A stretch of DNA of 64,000 nt, from positions 91,636,001 through 91,700,000 of the forward strand of contig OX597815.1 in the NCBI GenBank assembly GCA_951406725.2, read 5' to 3'. This DNA is from Octopus vulgaris (taxonomy: Eukaryota). The translations under genes and the position numbers were made by a program. Under the pieces are notes generated by a model. That model made no database searches. It saw nothing but the letters and a program-made list of their open reading frames with translations, and had not been told where the DNA came from. Below, piece after piece: positions 13,095 through 26,120 of this stretch (its first letter is position 1; every line of letters begins with the position of its first letter).

Positions 13095-14331
13095 TATAAC
13101 ATAAATATCTGGGGTGGATTTAAACTCAGGACCTACGAGTGATTAATTCAATAATCCAAAATGTTATTCACTCCACAGTTCTGCTTCTAGAATACTTTAC
13201 ATGGCTTCAAGTAAAAAAAGAAAAAAATATTAAAAAGAAGCACTCTTAATGAAGCTACTTTCAACATAACTTGACATAATGTTATCCTTAAAACATATTA
13301 CATTACAATATATTGGAAATCACTTAGTGTTTTGTTTTATTTCTATGAATTTTAACTGATAGGAATAGGTTGTTGAAAATCAAGAATTCATACTCAAACT
13401 AGACTGGCACATTTCCAAATTGATGTTTATCTCTAAGACCAGTTTTTAAGAGCTCCTTGTGGGTTAAGAAACATTTTTTAATTTTTTTTTAAAATTCTGT
13501 TAACATGTTTAGTCAGATGAGAAAGGTCGGTACTTATGACCTTTGTATACACTCCTATATTGGTGAGTTTCATGTGACTAGTGTTAAGTTAGCCATTACT
13601 AAAAAGAAACTTTGTTGATTCATCACAAATGAAAATATAAAGATACAATGAAAATATAAAGATGTTACTTTCAAACACAGCTTAGACTGTGATGAAATAT
13701 CTGAAATGTTAAATTCTTCCAAAAAAAAAAAAGACAGGTGATTAGTATGTTTTGGTAGGCAGGTGGAGGTCAAAAGTCTGCTTGCTGCATTTTCTTTTCT
13801 GTTTTCCTTTATTTTTACCATTTGATTTTTAATTTTATTTTTCTTCTTTTACATATTCATTATTAAGATTTTTTTTTTTTTCCCTTTCGTAATTATTTAT
13901 CTGTTTATCTGAAATGTAATCAGTTTGTACATATCGATTATTATCTTTGATCTGATAAGGAAATACCTTACGGAAATTTACATTTACCTAACTTACTGGC
14001 TCTCTCAAGAAAATAAAAGGAAAAAGAAAACGAGCCTGAAATTATCAAGAAAACTTCCTTTACTTTCTTTTTCCTTTCAGTTTCTTTTGTTTTTAAATTT
14101 TACTTTATTCAGAAGAAAAGAAAAAATATTGAGTGGTGCATTGCTTGAAAAACTACCCCAAAAATAAGGAACTTTAGATAAAACATTCAAAGAAAATCAG
14201 ATAATTCACAACTTTTTATTAAATTTTATATCTTTTCTGCATGTGTGTGTGTACATACACATACACACACAAAACCCATCCAGCCCAAGTATTGGAAAAA
14301 CAGACAAACAAATGATAATAATAGTAAATAT

Positions 14332-14460
14332 AGGCACATGTATGGTTGTGTGGTTAAGAAGTTTGCTTCACCATCACATCGTTTCACGTTCAGTCCCGCT
14401 AAGTAGGACTTTGTGAGTGAATTTGGTAGACAAAAACTATATGGAAGCCCATCATATATG
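14332..14460 (+). mobile_element. Family B SINE 5' part
   Basis: tggttgtgtggttaagaagtttgctt...gttcagtcccgct...ttgtgagtgaatttggtagac...ggaagccc. Confidence 0.7.
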
Positions 14461-14464
14461 TATA

Positions 14465-15001
14465 CAAGCAAAACGCCCCCCGTCCAATGAACGGTGCTGA
14501 GTTTTTAAACATTTAAACCAAATTTTCTCAAAACAACTTGTCCAACTGTCCCATAGGCCTTCTCTTTGAGAAACACTGATTTAACCTAAATTTGAGGCAC
14601 CAGCAAAAGAAGAAATAAAGATAGACTTTTTTCTATTCCAAAGAAAAACAATTTTATTCACACAAATATGCAACCGAAGAGTTTTAAGTACCAGTAATGA
14701 TAAGGCTGTTGACTGGGAGAACACAAACATGGTTTAAACAGTAAGCTTGGCAGGAAAGAAACGTGCCTTTAAGCAGTGCAAAAACAACAAAGAATGTACA
14801 GGTTGACAGAAGAAAAGCAGGACAAAAATGACTTTATCGATCGCATTCTCACCTGGAATAAATTTTTGTAATTTTTTCAAGACTTATACACGCCCTGATA
14901 CTGTCGGTATCTACATATCAAATTTGAGCGCAATCGGATGGAGGATGCCTGAGATCCTAGAAGACACACACAGACAGACAGAATGAATTTTATATAATAG
15001 A
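14465..15001 (-). mobile_element. Non-autonomous Helitron, second family
   Basis: Minus strand a|TCtattatataaaattcattctgtctgtctgtgtg...ccatccgattgcgctcaaattt; 3' hairpin ccgttcattggacgg then CTTG|t (variant of CTAG). Confidence 0.75.
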
Positions 15002-15007
15002 TGTGTA

Positions 15008-15315
15008 GGTGAAGGCACATGGCTTAGTGGTTAGGGTATTCACCTCATGATCATTAAGTTGTGAATATGGTTCCTGGCAGTGCATTGTGTCCTTGAGCAA
15101 GACACTTGGTGCACTCAGCTGGCAGAAATGAGTTGTACCTGTATTTCAAAGGGACAGTCTTGTCACTTTTTGTATCATGCTGAATCTTCCTGAGAACTAT
15201 GTTAAGGCTATGTGTGTCTGTGGAGTGCTCAGCTACTTGCATGTTAATTTCACAAGCCAGCTGTTCTGCTTATTGGATCAGCTGGAACTCTTGCCATCAT
15301 AACTGACAGAGTGTC
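15008..15315 (+). mobile_element. tRNA-derived SINE, family D
   Basis: A-box TGGCTTAGTGG, CORE-like ttgtgtccttgagcaagacactt, 3' body distinct from families A and B. Confidence 0.7.
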
Positions 15316-15669
15316 TATCATTTCTATGTGTGCACATGTCTTTGTGTTTATTATACCCCCATCTAAACCCCCCACCCTATCAGTCTACAACTTGTTTTGG
15401 CTTGTTTACTTCAACCTTAATAGTTTTGCAGAGGAGACAGAATAAGCACCAAACTAAGAAGGAGGAGGAGGAGGAGGCAGTGTCCCAGCATAGCCACAGA
15501 CCAATGACTGAAACAAGTAATACATGTGTGTGTGGATAGATAGATAAACAGGAAGACAGGCATAGTTAATATGGCCATAACTTACAATCATGGATGGCTT
15601 GGTAACAAGCCTTGGCTCTCCCATTCTTGATCCAGCTGAATATTTTAGATATGAAAGGAGAGAGGTCTA

Positions 15670-15937
<268 letters not shown>

Positions 15938-16755
15938 TCACTCAATTAATTCAATGTACCATCCAATCTGCCCCAACAAACCCTCTCCTTATTTACATTT
16001 CAAGGTTTGCTGGAGTATTTCAATATTTCAAAATTCTTACTCCAGATTTTCATTATTCATTTTCTCCATCACTCAAGAAGACAACTGAAAATAAGCATGT
16101 TGTAAGATTTACTGGAGGTTATTGTTATGAATGTTATTTACACAAAGTTTCAGTCACCTAAGGTCTGACAAGTTCTAATAAGACTGTATATACTTCACTG
16201 AGGAAATCTAATAAATAAAACAGCACCTATCATCATATTAATGTTTAAGAACTGTCACCCTAAAGGGACACTATACTTTTGACATATTGTTTCCACAAGC
16301 CTTGTCTACTGGTGGCTTGAACAGCAGAGAAAATAGAAGTAAACCATAAATCTAAAGTGATGGTAAGCTACACATCAAGTACTGACATTAACCTCACAAC
16401 ACCAGTGATGCCATGTAATAAACTCAGTTGAGTGAAACTGACCACAGAAGTCAGAATGGTTTGCCTATTAATTTGGAAGCTCTTTTATCTGCCTTTTCAG
16501 TTATGCAACACTTTGAAAGAGCTGGGAAATTAAATTTGTATTTGAGTTTTAAATTAAGTCTTGCTGTCAAGAATTTGATTATATATCTAAGGTCCTGTGA
16601 GGAAACCAGAATATCAATTAAGGTATGATTATGAAAACATGGTGGTTGAGAAATTTCATTGAGAATTCGATTAAATTCCTTTTCTTCACTCACGAATCAT
16701 GCTAAAACATAAAATAGATCTGACAATTAAAAAAGAAAACTCTCTTCGAAAGCTG

Positions 16756-16848
16756 GGCACTACTGATAACTGTATGCTGATTATTAGCCCTATTGATAGC
16801 TGTGTGATGACTTGTGGCACTATTGAATACTCTGTGATGGCTATTAGA
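16756..16848. repeat. Degenerate 30 bp minisatellite, 3 copies
   Basis: cta(c/t)tga anchor at 16760, 16790 and 16820. Confidence 0.65.
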
Positions 16849-19800
16849 TTGAATTCATTGGCAAATATAATCGTTCAGAAATTTCTGTTTGGGAATTACA
16901 ATACACTGTTTGTTGTAATGAGATTTTTATTTTCATTTTTTTTATATCATTAAAAGTATAAATCTGTTATAAAATGGTTCATAGAACACTACTTTGATAT
17001 AATATCTGTTTTGTAAAGGGTCTAAGATTATTTGTAAGAGGAAAATCAACCATCATACTGCTTCTCATCACCCAAGAGACTAAAAGAATCCAGTGAAAAG
17101 ATTAGATGCTCATTGAGTGAAATATCTTTTAGCTTCAATGATACCATTACTAAAAGCTATGAGTCTTTACAAAGGCTCATATCTCTAGGGTCTTCTTCCA
17201 CATGGCACCTTACAGGCAAAGAATAAAGACAAATAATGTCAAGAGAATAACAAATGTGAAAACCTAGGTTTACTGGTGTGGGGTAGGGTATCTTTGTAAA
17301 CATTTGTAATTAAAAGGGATTATTAAAATGGTATCCAGAGTTGCAGTGGGATTGCAGACAATGGTTTAGATGTTGGTATCAGTAGTGATAGAATCAATAT
17401 CTGACATAGTAAGTCCTGTAAATTCCATTTCAATATAAGAAGACAATAAACAAAAAGGCCTTTTCGATACAAGTCTATATAAATGAGGGAGTAAACAAAG
17501 TCTGTTGTTTTGGGGTTTGGGAGGGGGGGGTTGTATTTGGGTAGTAAACTTTAACCTACATACCTCAGTTGTACCTAGCTGTTGGTAAACATTTACCAGA
17601 TGGTAATAGAGATCATCTAGGAATTTTAACTGAAGAAAATTAAGGGAACAAGGGGAATTATTTATTTCAAATGTTATAAACCAGAGCTAAACACTGGTCT
17701 CTTTACATTAAATGCTTATGTTTTTTTACATTGCTATTCAAACTTTAGGGAGTGATAGATTTCCTGATACTTTCATTCATTATATTTTTATATCAAATTT
17801 TTTGGCCAGATCAATAAACTTGGCGTAGAGTCAGCGTATTTTTTTTCTCTTTCCATTTCTGCTGGAACACTTTTTGGATGAACAACAAAGTTTTGTTATA
17901 AAGATCTTCTGACCTGTCATGTATCACATTGATAGGGAACCACCGCAGTCATCTCTTGCTGATATTTCCTCTTGATAATGTCCACCAGAAGACCACATTT
18001 ATGTACTGATACAGTTGTATTGTTGTGGCTTAAATACCTTTAATCATCGGTCATTTTAATAGAGAGTGGTGACACACCATTCACCCGTCTGTCACCATAT
18101 CTTTCAAGAATGCAAGCAGCACTGGTTTTAGGAACAAAGAGATGGAAGAACTAGGACACAGAAGTACTAAATCCAAAATAGAATTTTCCTTTCAGTCAGG
18201 GTTGCTGCTTCTATATAGGTTTTGTCAGCTACCTGCAAGCAACTGACATAGGCAGCTCCCTCCCTGAATTTTCATCTACAAAACCAAACCATGTTGGAGA
18301 TCATGATTGTGGTCATGGTGGTAGTAGTGGTGGAGGTGGTCGTGGTCATGGTCGTGGTTGATCTTCTAATCAAATCATGGAAACTATATTACCATTGGTT
18401 TTTTTCCATTGCTGATGCTGTCAGAGATAGTATCATCAATGAAATGTACATAAGCAGAACAGATACCACAATCCATTCCCTCTGTGTGTGTGTGTGTGTT
18501 TAGTGTTTATGTATGCATGCTTGAGTGCATGAATGTGTGGATGTTTGTGCTCTGCCATCCAACTGTGACTTTGTAACACCAATGTTTTTATTCTTTACAC
18601 TGAAACTCTGAAAAGAAGACAAGAAAATTAGATTTATTTTTACAATTTCTTGTCTTCGCTCTTATTTTTATATATTTTCTTTTCTCTTTTCTTGTTCTTC
18701 TCTCCACCTCTTGTCTATTTTTGTCATCCTCTTGTATTCTTCTTCTTCTTCTTCTTCTTCTTCTTCTTCTTCTACTTCTTCTACTCTTCCCCATCATCTT
18801 CCTCTCCTTCCTCTCTACAATTAAATTTCACTACAACCTCTAATCGACCAGTATTTTTTTATTGTTGTTTCCGGTTATTGTTGATTTGTTTCTGTTTCAA
18901 TCCACATTAAAGGTACATCTAATGAGCTGTTGTCACTTCAATCAAGGGACCTCTAGCTATAAGGCCAAAGAAAGCCTCTATGAAGGGAATACCATCATCA
19001 ACAGTTCTAATTAGCCCATCACAAAATTAGGGCTAAACTACTTCAGGCCTTCAATGAATTAGCTGGGCAATATCAAAGGAATGTTCCAAAATAAACCTTT
19101 CATTTAACAAAAACAAAGAACAACCAATAAATAATGACATTTAGTGGATTTTGAGTTGCTTTTGTTCTTGTTTTGGAAGGGTTTGTTTGTTGTTGTTTTG
19201 AGGTGGAGGTGGGACAACAGCAGGGAGGGGAAAGTCGTTAAAATTAGAAGAATTTCTAATTTTATATCATTTCTCTAAATAATAATTTCACCACCACCAG
19301 AGATGGAATATAATATTCCATCACTGGTGGTGGAATTATTATTTTAGAGAAAAGACATAAAATTAGAAATTCTTCTGATTTTACTAAAATGTAAAATAAG
19401 GACAAAAGAAAAAAATTAGAACCCATACTAAACGTCATGATGAAGAGCAATCAACTTAATTTCTATTATTTTGAAGAAAATAATGAAACAAAAAAAACAG
19501 CTTTCCTTGAGATTAGTCAGACAAAGGAATTTATTTGAAGTTTGAATATAATTAAAATAGAAATGTTAACTGCTTTTTATGAATTTAGGAATCTTCATCT
19601 GATGGTTTCCTTATAATATCGGCAGTCACAATCTTTATGACGAAACGTAATGTTAAGAGACTCTTCTCACAAACATTTACTACCACAAGCTTGAAAAATA
19701 GAAAGCTCTATATAGTCTCTTCAGCTGCTAGAAATAACACCTAAAGCTCTCACAAATCACTTTCTATCTTTTTAAAAAGCAAAGAATACATTGGATGATG

Positions 19801-19939
19801 TAGTCTGGAAAAAAGACAGTGTTCATGGTTTCTATAACCTTTATCATAGGGTCTGTTGTATGAAGGATGACATGGAACTAAACAACTATAATGACATATA
19901 TTACCAACTTCAAAATATACACACACACACACATATATA

Positions 19940-20295
19940 GGTTTGGCTATGTGGTTAAGAAGCTCACTTTGCAACTATGTGTTTTGGGTTCAGTCCCACT
20001 GCACAGCACCTTGGTCAAGTGTCTTTTACTATAGCCCTGAGTCTATCAGTGCCTTGTGAGTGGATTTCAATGTCGGAAACTGTGTGAAGACCTGTTGTAT
20101 GTGTGTGCGTCTTTGTGTTTTTCTTCCAACACTGCTTGACAAGTGGTGTTGGTTTGTTTATATCCTTGTAACTTAATGGTTTGGCAAAAGAGATTGATAG
20201 AGTAAGTACTGAATTTATTTTTTTTAAATACTGGGTTTGTTGATTTGATCAAGTAAAGCCTTCAAAGAGGTTCCCCAGCATGGTCATATTTCAAT
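19940..20295 (+). mobile_element. Family B SINE, near full length
   Basis: Collinear with 28668-29105 from tggctatgtggttaag to ccccagcatgg. Confidence 0.8.
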
Positions 20296-21322
20296 ATATA
20301 TCAAGAAAGCATGCAAAGATCTTTCTTCAAGTCTTGTACTGTTATCCAGTATCGTCTGCTAACCATGCGTGAAATTGTAATTGATGATGATGATGTCAGT
20401 GATGACTTAAATCTTCCCTTTTATTTCTCTGTCTAACAAGTGTTAAATATTGATGTATGTAGGACTGTCAGAATAAACCTCAACCAATTAGGATGGTATA
20501 GGTAAGGTAGGGTTAGGCAACTACTCTTTATATCTGATTCATAAGATTTACTGCTGTGTATGTTGGGGTAGTTAACTGAACCGGAAATAACTCTCCTCTT
20601 ACAGGAAATCATTCTCTTGGGTTGATGAAGACTTCACAAGTATATTGTCACATCAAACACTGTTGTAGATCTGTTCTCTTGACTAATTCTCTCCCATAGT
20701 AAATTATAAAGAATCTGTTGGAGATTAGCTACACTGGTAGCCAGAAGACATGTAATCAAGAAATCAAGCATCTGAAAGACGACAGCAGGAAGTGAAGGAA
20801 TGATGTATTTCTAGATGAAGTTTAGTTGTGGTGAGATAATGTGATAAGTAGGATGAAGAACAATAAATTGAAGCAACTGATTCATGAGAGGAGGTGACAG
20901 TTTTCTCATAGACCTTTCTATCTACTTGAACTTCAAATTTACTATAGATCTTTCATCAACAACACAACACTCTGCTAATACTAATATCACAGCATAGATA
21001 AAGTGTTGTTCTGTAGTTTAAAGGCTCAAAACTGACAGCTTTAGACTTTCCTGAGTCTTAAGCATCCTTAAGAAATTACTAAATTGATGGAGTGTGAAGC
21101 TAGGGAAACGGACTTACCAATGGCAGTTTGTGAAACAGTAATGTAATAGTTAAACTCAGTAACAAAACCATTGGACTTGTCATTGACTCTATAGAAATGT
21201 TCAAAGGCTGCAAAATGAACTGCAGTCATATCATTGCATGAGAAATGAACCAAGGAATAGATATAGTGACCACTGTATTTGTTAAGTTACAAAAGATCTT
21301 TAACAAAACTGCATTATAACAA

Positions 21323-21540
21323 ATAATCCTTTCTACTAAAGGCACAAGGCCTGAAATTGTGGGAGAGGTGGGTAGTCGATCACATCACCCCCACTGCTTG
21401 ATTGGTACTTATTTTGTTGACTCTGAAAAGATGAAAGGCAAAATTGACCTCGGTAGAATTTGAACTCAGAACGTAAAGACAGATGAAATGCCACTAAGCA
21501 TTTTGCCCAGCATGCTAACGATTCTGCCAGCTCACCGCCT
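21323..21540 (-). mobile_element. Family A SINE, well-preserved full-length copy
   Basis: Minus strand ggcggtgagctggcagaatcgttagc...gagttcaaatt...gcctttcatc...aataagtacc...aggccttgtgcc...ggattatt; flanked by a target-site-duplication-like repeat ttataacaaataat. Confidence 0.85.
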
Positions 21541-22624
21541 TGCTTTATAACAAATAATAGCTGAGATTTTATTCAGTCTTTATCCAGCATCTTCCTTTCT
21601 GTAGTTGCAAACCATGGCCATTATCAAACAGTGACAAATAGGTATTTAAAATACTAATGGCCTTCCATACAAAATACCTCAAAATTATTCTGAAAGTAAA
21701 TTATAAAAATAAAATTTGTGCTAAAATGAAGTTCTATCAAGAACATAACATAAACATCAAGGAACCTGTTGTAAGAAGAAATTGTCTTGTATGGTAAGGA
21801 TATGTTCTGAGGATAAATGATGGTTACATTATAAAGTAAGCTGAACAGATTGTCAAAGAAAAGGAGAGGAAGAAAACCGCAGTAAAATTGAAGTGATAGC
21901 TTCATGTGGAATAGAAGTGGTGGAGCTACCTGCACTTGGCTAAGGCTGAAACGTCTGGTAATTGTGTATCTAGGGTTAGTGCTAGTTTAGCGAATGGGAG
22001 ATGTTAAACTTGATTTGATGATGGTAATGGTGTATATAGTTTGTGGGGATGTAGTGTTTATGGTGGTGGTCGTTGTGATAGCTGAGTTAATGTAATGTGG
22101 TATCAACCATAATTTCACAGACTGTTATTCTGTTAAAATTCAGAAAATGTAAGTGAAAGTTATTGCTTTTAGTCACAGCCTCTTTGCTGTCTGATGACTA
22201 TAAATGGCTATTTTTGTCATAACTACTCATCGTTTCCCCCTTGTAGGAACCAATGGTCACGCTTGGAGGAGTTTTCAACCAGCAAATTTCATTTCTTTTT
22301 TCACCTCCTCCTTTCCATCATTCTCTCAATTAATTCAATTTTCCGTAAGAACTTTTTGGATAATCATGCATTAGTTATTTATTGGTAATCCAAATGAGAA
22401 GATGCTATGGTTAAAGGATTCTGCTATTAGGCAACCATTTTCCTGATTTTATTGCAGAACCAACGTAGTAAAAACAAATAGAGTAGTTTTATAAGTGACA
22501 TTATATCTCTCTTTTTTTAACTTCAAATTTTTTTTTCTATTTCCTCTATTTTGGTTTCTTTTTTTTCATAGAATTTTTTTTTTTTTTTTGCACTACTTTG
22601 TGTTTTTATTATAAAATAATACAA

Positions 22625-22765
22625 GACGCACTGGCAAAATTGGTAGTGCACCGGACTGAATGCCTTGCAATATTTAGTTTCATCCTATCTGCATTCTGGG
22701 TTCAAATCTTGCTAATGTTGGCTTCTACTTTCATCATGTTAAAGTTGATAAAATACTAGTTGTAC
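22625..22765 (+). mobile_element. Family A SINE fragment
   Basis: ctggcaaaattggtagtgcaccggactgaatgcc...gggttcaaatc...ctttcatc. Confidence 0.6.
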
Positions 22766-23262
22766 CAATGGAGAAATCTCTACATGATCACTTGACCTGA
22801 GCAGCTTCATCTTACTCAAATTCCACTTTACCATTGTAATCAATAGAGAAGACATTGGAGAATGTAGTTTCAGTTACACTAAGACTGACCAAAAGCTAAA
22901 CGACAATAAATAAGTACCAATAATATACTGAAGTTAATACAACTATAATTCTTACCTTTACAATTGTCTTTCTGTCTATGTAAGAAAATAGGAGTAACTC
23001 TTTTGCAAGGAGAATGTTTTGGTTGCCAGTAGTATATAGGTAGGGCAACAGTCAAGAAAATGAAGCAAATTCATGTGAAAGGGGCCATCCATACTGATCG
23101 CCACCATCTGCCTGCAGAAGTGAGAAAAAGAAAAAATGACAAAAAACAGAGCCATTACAACAATGAGGAAAGGGTAGTTGCTTGCTTTGAGCTGGGTTAA
23201 CCACAAACAAGTCAGGTTTTTTATCAACTTTTGGTTCAGCAGCCACTATAAATAAAATGCAA

Positions 23263-23870
23263 TGTGTCAAAGTTCCCAATTTCATCATAGAGTACAATAT
23301 AAGGAAATGGTGTAGAGAGCTTAATTTTTCTGACCAGTAAAATGTTGACAAAAAAATAGTGTCTCGCCTCATTGACAGTGCTATAACAAATACCTACATG
23401 TGCTACAAAAACAACTCAAATTATAGTACCCCAACACACAAACAAATCAATTCACCTGCAGTTCATCACTGAACTTGTACAAGGCCTTATTGAGGGATAC
23501 AGAAAACTCTGGAGAAATGTAGGTAGATGCCCAAGCAAACCAGTGTAGCCAGATGCCCAGGCAAACCAAGAAAAAGAAAAGCAAATATGTTGTATGTGTT
23601 CAATCAAGAGTTCAAGTATTCAAGGGTATATTTACAACCACTTGTGCTGTAGATTGTGATATAGGATTATGTAATGATTGTTTTATAAAATATAATTAAA
23701 AATTAGTGTTTGTTGGGCGAGATATTGTATTATGATAATTACTGAGCAAATTCTCACGTTTTATCTGTTTTTATATGTGATTTAAAAATAAAGGGTTTTT
23801 TGCAAATTTTCTAAAACTTATCCACCCATTCCACAGATTTTCAAAATTATCTGCCTGCAAAAAGGTTAAA
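23263..23870 (+). mobile_element. Decayed piggyBac transposase C-terminus and probable right end
   Basis: Manual translation: VKVPNFIIEYN...SDQ*, KKIVSRLIDSAITNTYMCYK, HLQFITELVQGL, KYVVC...TTTCAVDCDIGLCNDCFIKYN* (Cys-rich tail); aaaaggTTAA near 23860-23869. Confidence 0.75.
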
Positions 23871-24433
23871 GAGAATTATTTGTTGGTAAAATTATTATGG
23901 CACCAAGTTAACTGCTTCATGTTATTAACTTTCAACCCTCTACAACTTTATCTTATATCACAACTGTGTTTTGTAAAAATATACAGCAATAATACACTGG
24001 AATCTGAGTTCGGATCCTACCAAGTTCGACTTTACCTTTCATCCTTCTGAGATTTATTAAAATATGCACCAGTCAGTTACTTGTACTTCTCTCAGAAATC
24101 AATAAAAAGCAGGAATAAGATTCAATCGACTATGTGACCTCCTTACTAAAATCTGACTGTGTGCTTGGACAGATGTAATTGTTAATAGTCATTTTGTATG
24201 TCAGTGAGTTTGAAGAAATGGTAGAATCACGTCAACTTTGTCTTTCATCTCTGGAGGGTCAATTAAATAAGTGCAAGTTATAAAATAGAAGTAGGATTCT
24301 ATCTGACACTGACATAGGCTATTTCTTCAGTAGCTGTCTTCAGTAAGTAATCAGGATATTGAGCCTGAAATGTTAATTTTTATAGGAGTAGAACACCAGA
24401 CTAAATCCTTTTCAGTATTCTTTTTCTCCACTT

Positions 24434-24466
<33 letters not shown>

Positions 24467-24525
24467 TTCTTCTTCTTCTTCTTCTTCTTCTTCTTCTTCT
24501 TCTTCTTCTTCTTCTTCTTCTTCTT

Positions 24526-24555
<30 letters not shown>
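24434..24555. repeat. (CAT)n(CTT)n microsatellite
   Basis: Directly visible. Confidence 0.95.
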
Positions 24556-24556
<1 letters not shown>

Positions 24557-26084
24557 TTCCTCCTCCCTCACACACACACATGCATACATACATAGTCAAC
24601 TTTGACCATCTTTATTCAATTAAGAATGTCTTAAAGCTTGTGCTTTCTTTTTTTTTTGTTTTTTAGGGGGGTTTTTTGTGGGGGAGTGTCAATTTTTTTT
24701 CTTTCATATTTCTTTCAGTATAGCAAGACACATCTGTGTGCCTATATTACTTTGTTTCTGCTGAGAAATCCATCAGGATATTTTAATGGTCCATATACCA
24801 TTGTCATATCCAAGAATTTTCAAAACAGATTCTATCCTGTTCAAGCAACTCTATCTATAAATTAAAGCAGTCAATCATGAACATCTTGTCTTTTTGTATA
24901 TCTGATTGTCCTTGTAATTTTTACTTTAAGACTGTAAGGTACAATTTGAGGGTGCTTTGGCCACTATTTCTAGCTGGTCATATAGAGGATTCTTTGTTGG
25001 TAAATAGGTGTCATAGTAAGAATAGGTGTCTAAGTAAGAAGCGATGTAAAATCGACTTTGCTTTTCATTGGGGAAGGGGTTATAGTGTAGAGCTTCAAGG
25101 AAAGGGACTGGGCATTATGTTAAAAGCCACACCCCATTAAACATCTTAATAATATAGAAAAACATTGACAGCCAAAACAGCATAAGGCTATGTAGACTTC
25201 AAGATGTTGAGTGGAAGAATTAGTAATGATTAAATTTTAATCTTAAGGTAGAATTTTAAAAATATAATACTTAATCTGAGAAGAAGAAAGAAGCATATAT
25301 GTATCCATGAAGAAATTGCTTTAAGGGATTTTCCAACCTAATCACTGAGCCTGGCTTCGAATGGTTTACCATTTTCCACTTGATCACTTTTGTTTATTTT
25401 GTTTACAAAGCGAAAGATTTAATAAATGAAGTGTATATTTAAGAAGCAACTTTGGGTGTGAGTGAATGAATAAGTGACAGAGAAACAGAAAGAAACTGAG
25501 AGAATAAGAGAGAGAGAGAAGATTTTGTCACAACTAAACTCTAAAGTTTTGCTTAATTTGTAAGCAGATTAGATTTCACTTTGAAATCAATTCTATGCTT
25601 CATAAAACACAAGTACCTACTGTAGTTTATATAGGTGCTGCTTTTCTCTTTATCTCCCCCTTTTCACTTCTAATGCACATTTTTCTACTATATTCTATAT
25701 TGACCTAAGTAATATTGCCCAATCTCTGACACATCTGATTTAAGTGTGTATGTGTGTACCTACCTGTTTTCTTTTTCTCTCATACTTCATGTGCTCTTCA
25801 TATTACCTAATAGTCCTGTACTGCTTGCATGTTCCTTTACATCATCGTGAAGCAGTGGCAATTTAACAGGGATAGTATCAAGAGATCTAAACCTTACAGT
25901 AGCTTTTTGCACATCTAGCACATCCATTTCTGGTGAGTGTGTGTGGGTGTGTTTAACCTCATGAAATATTTCCAGTGACCTGTTCTTTTTTTCCTGTCTT
26001 AGCAACAATTTTATGATTTTTATATCTATGATTTAATTGAATTTTATATCTATAATTTAATTGGATTTTTTCTTGGATTTTTCT

Positions 26085-26120
26085 AATTTTTTTCTTTTCT
26101 TTTTTATTCTCTAGGTAAGT
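26085..26120 (+). other. Candidate recursive splice site (3' splice site directly abutting a 5' splice site)
   Basis: ctaattttttcttttctttttattctctAG|GTAAGT: branch-like CTAAT, long pyrimidine tract, consensus donor. Confidence 0.45.

Noticed and set aside
24370-24666. Poly-His/poly-Leu membrane-like ORF
   Set aside because: (CAT)n(CTT)n microsatellite
25787-26008. 73 aa minus-strand ORF with protein-like composition
   Set aside because: No recognisable domain, no ATG at the listed start and no good minus-strand acceptor; local splice signals favour the + strand
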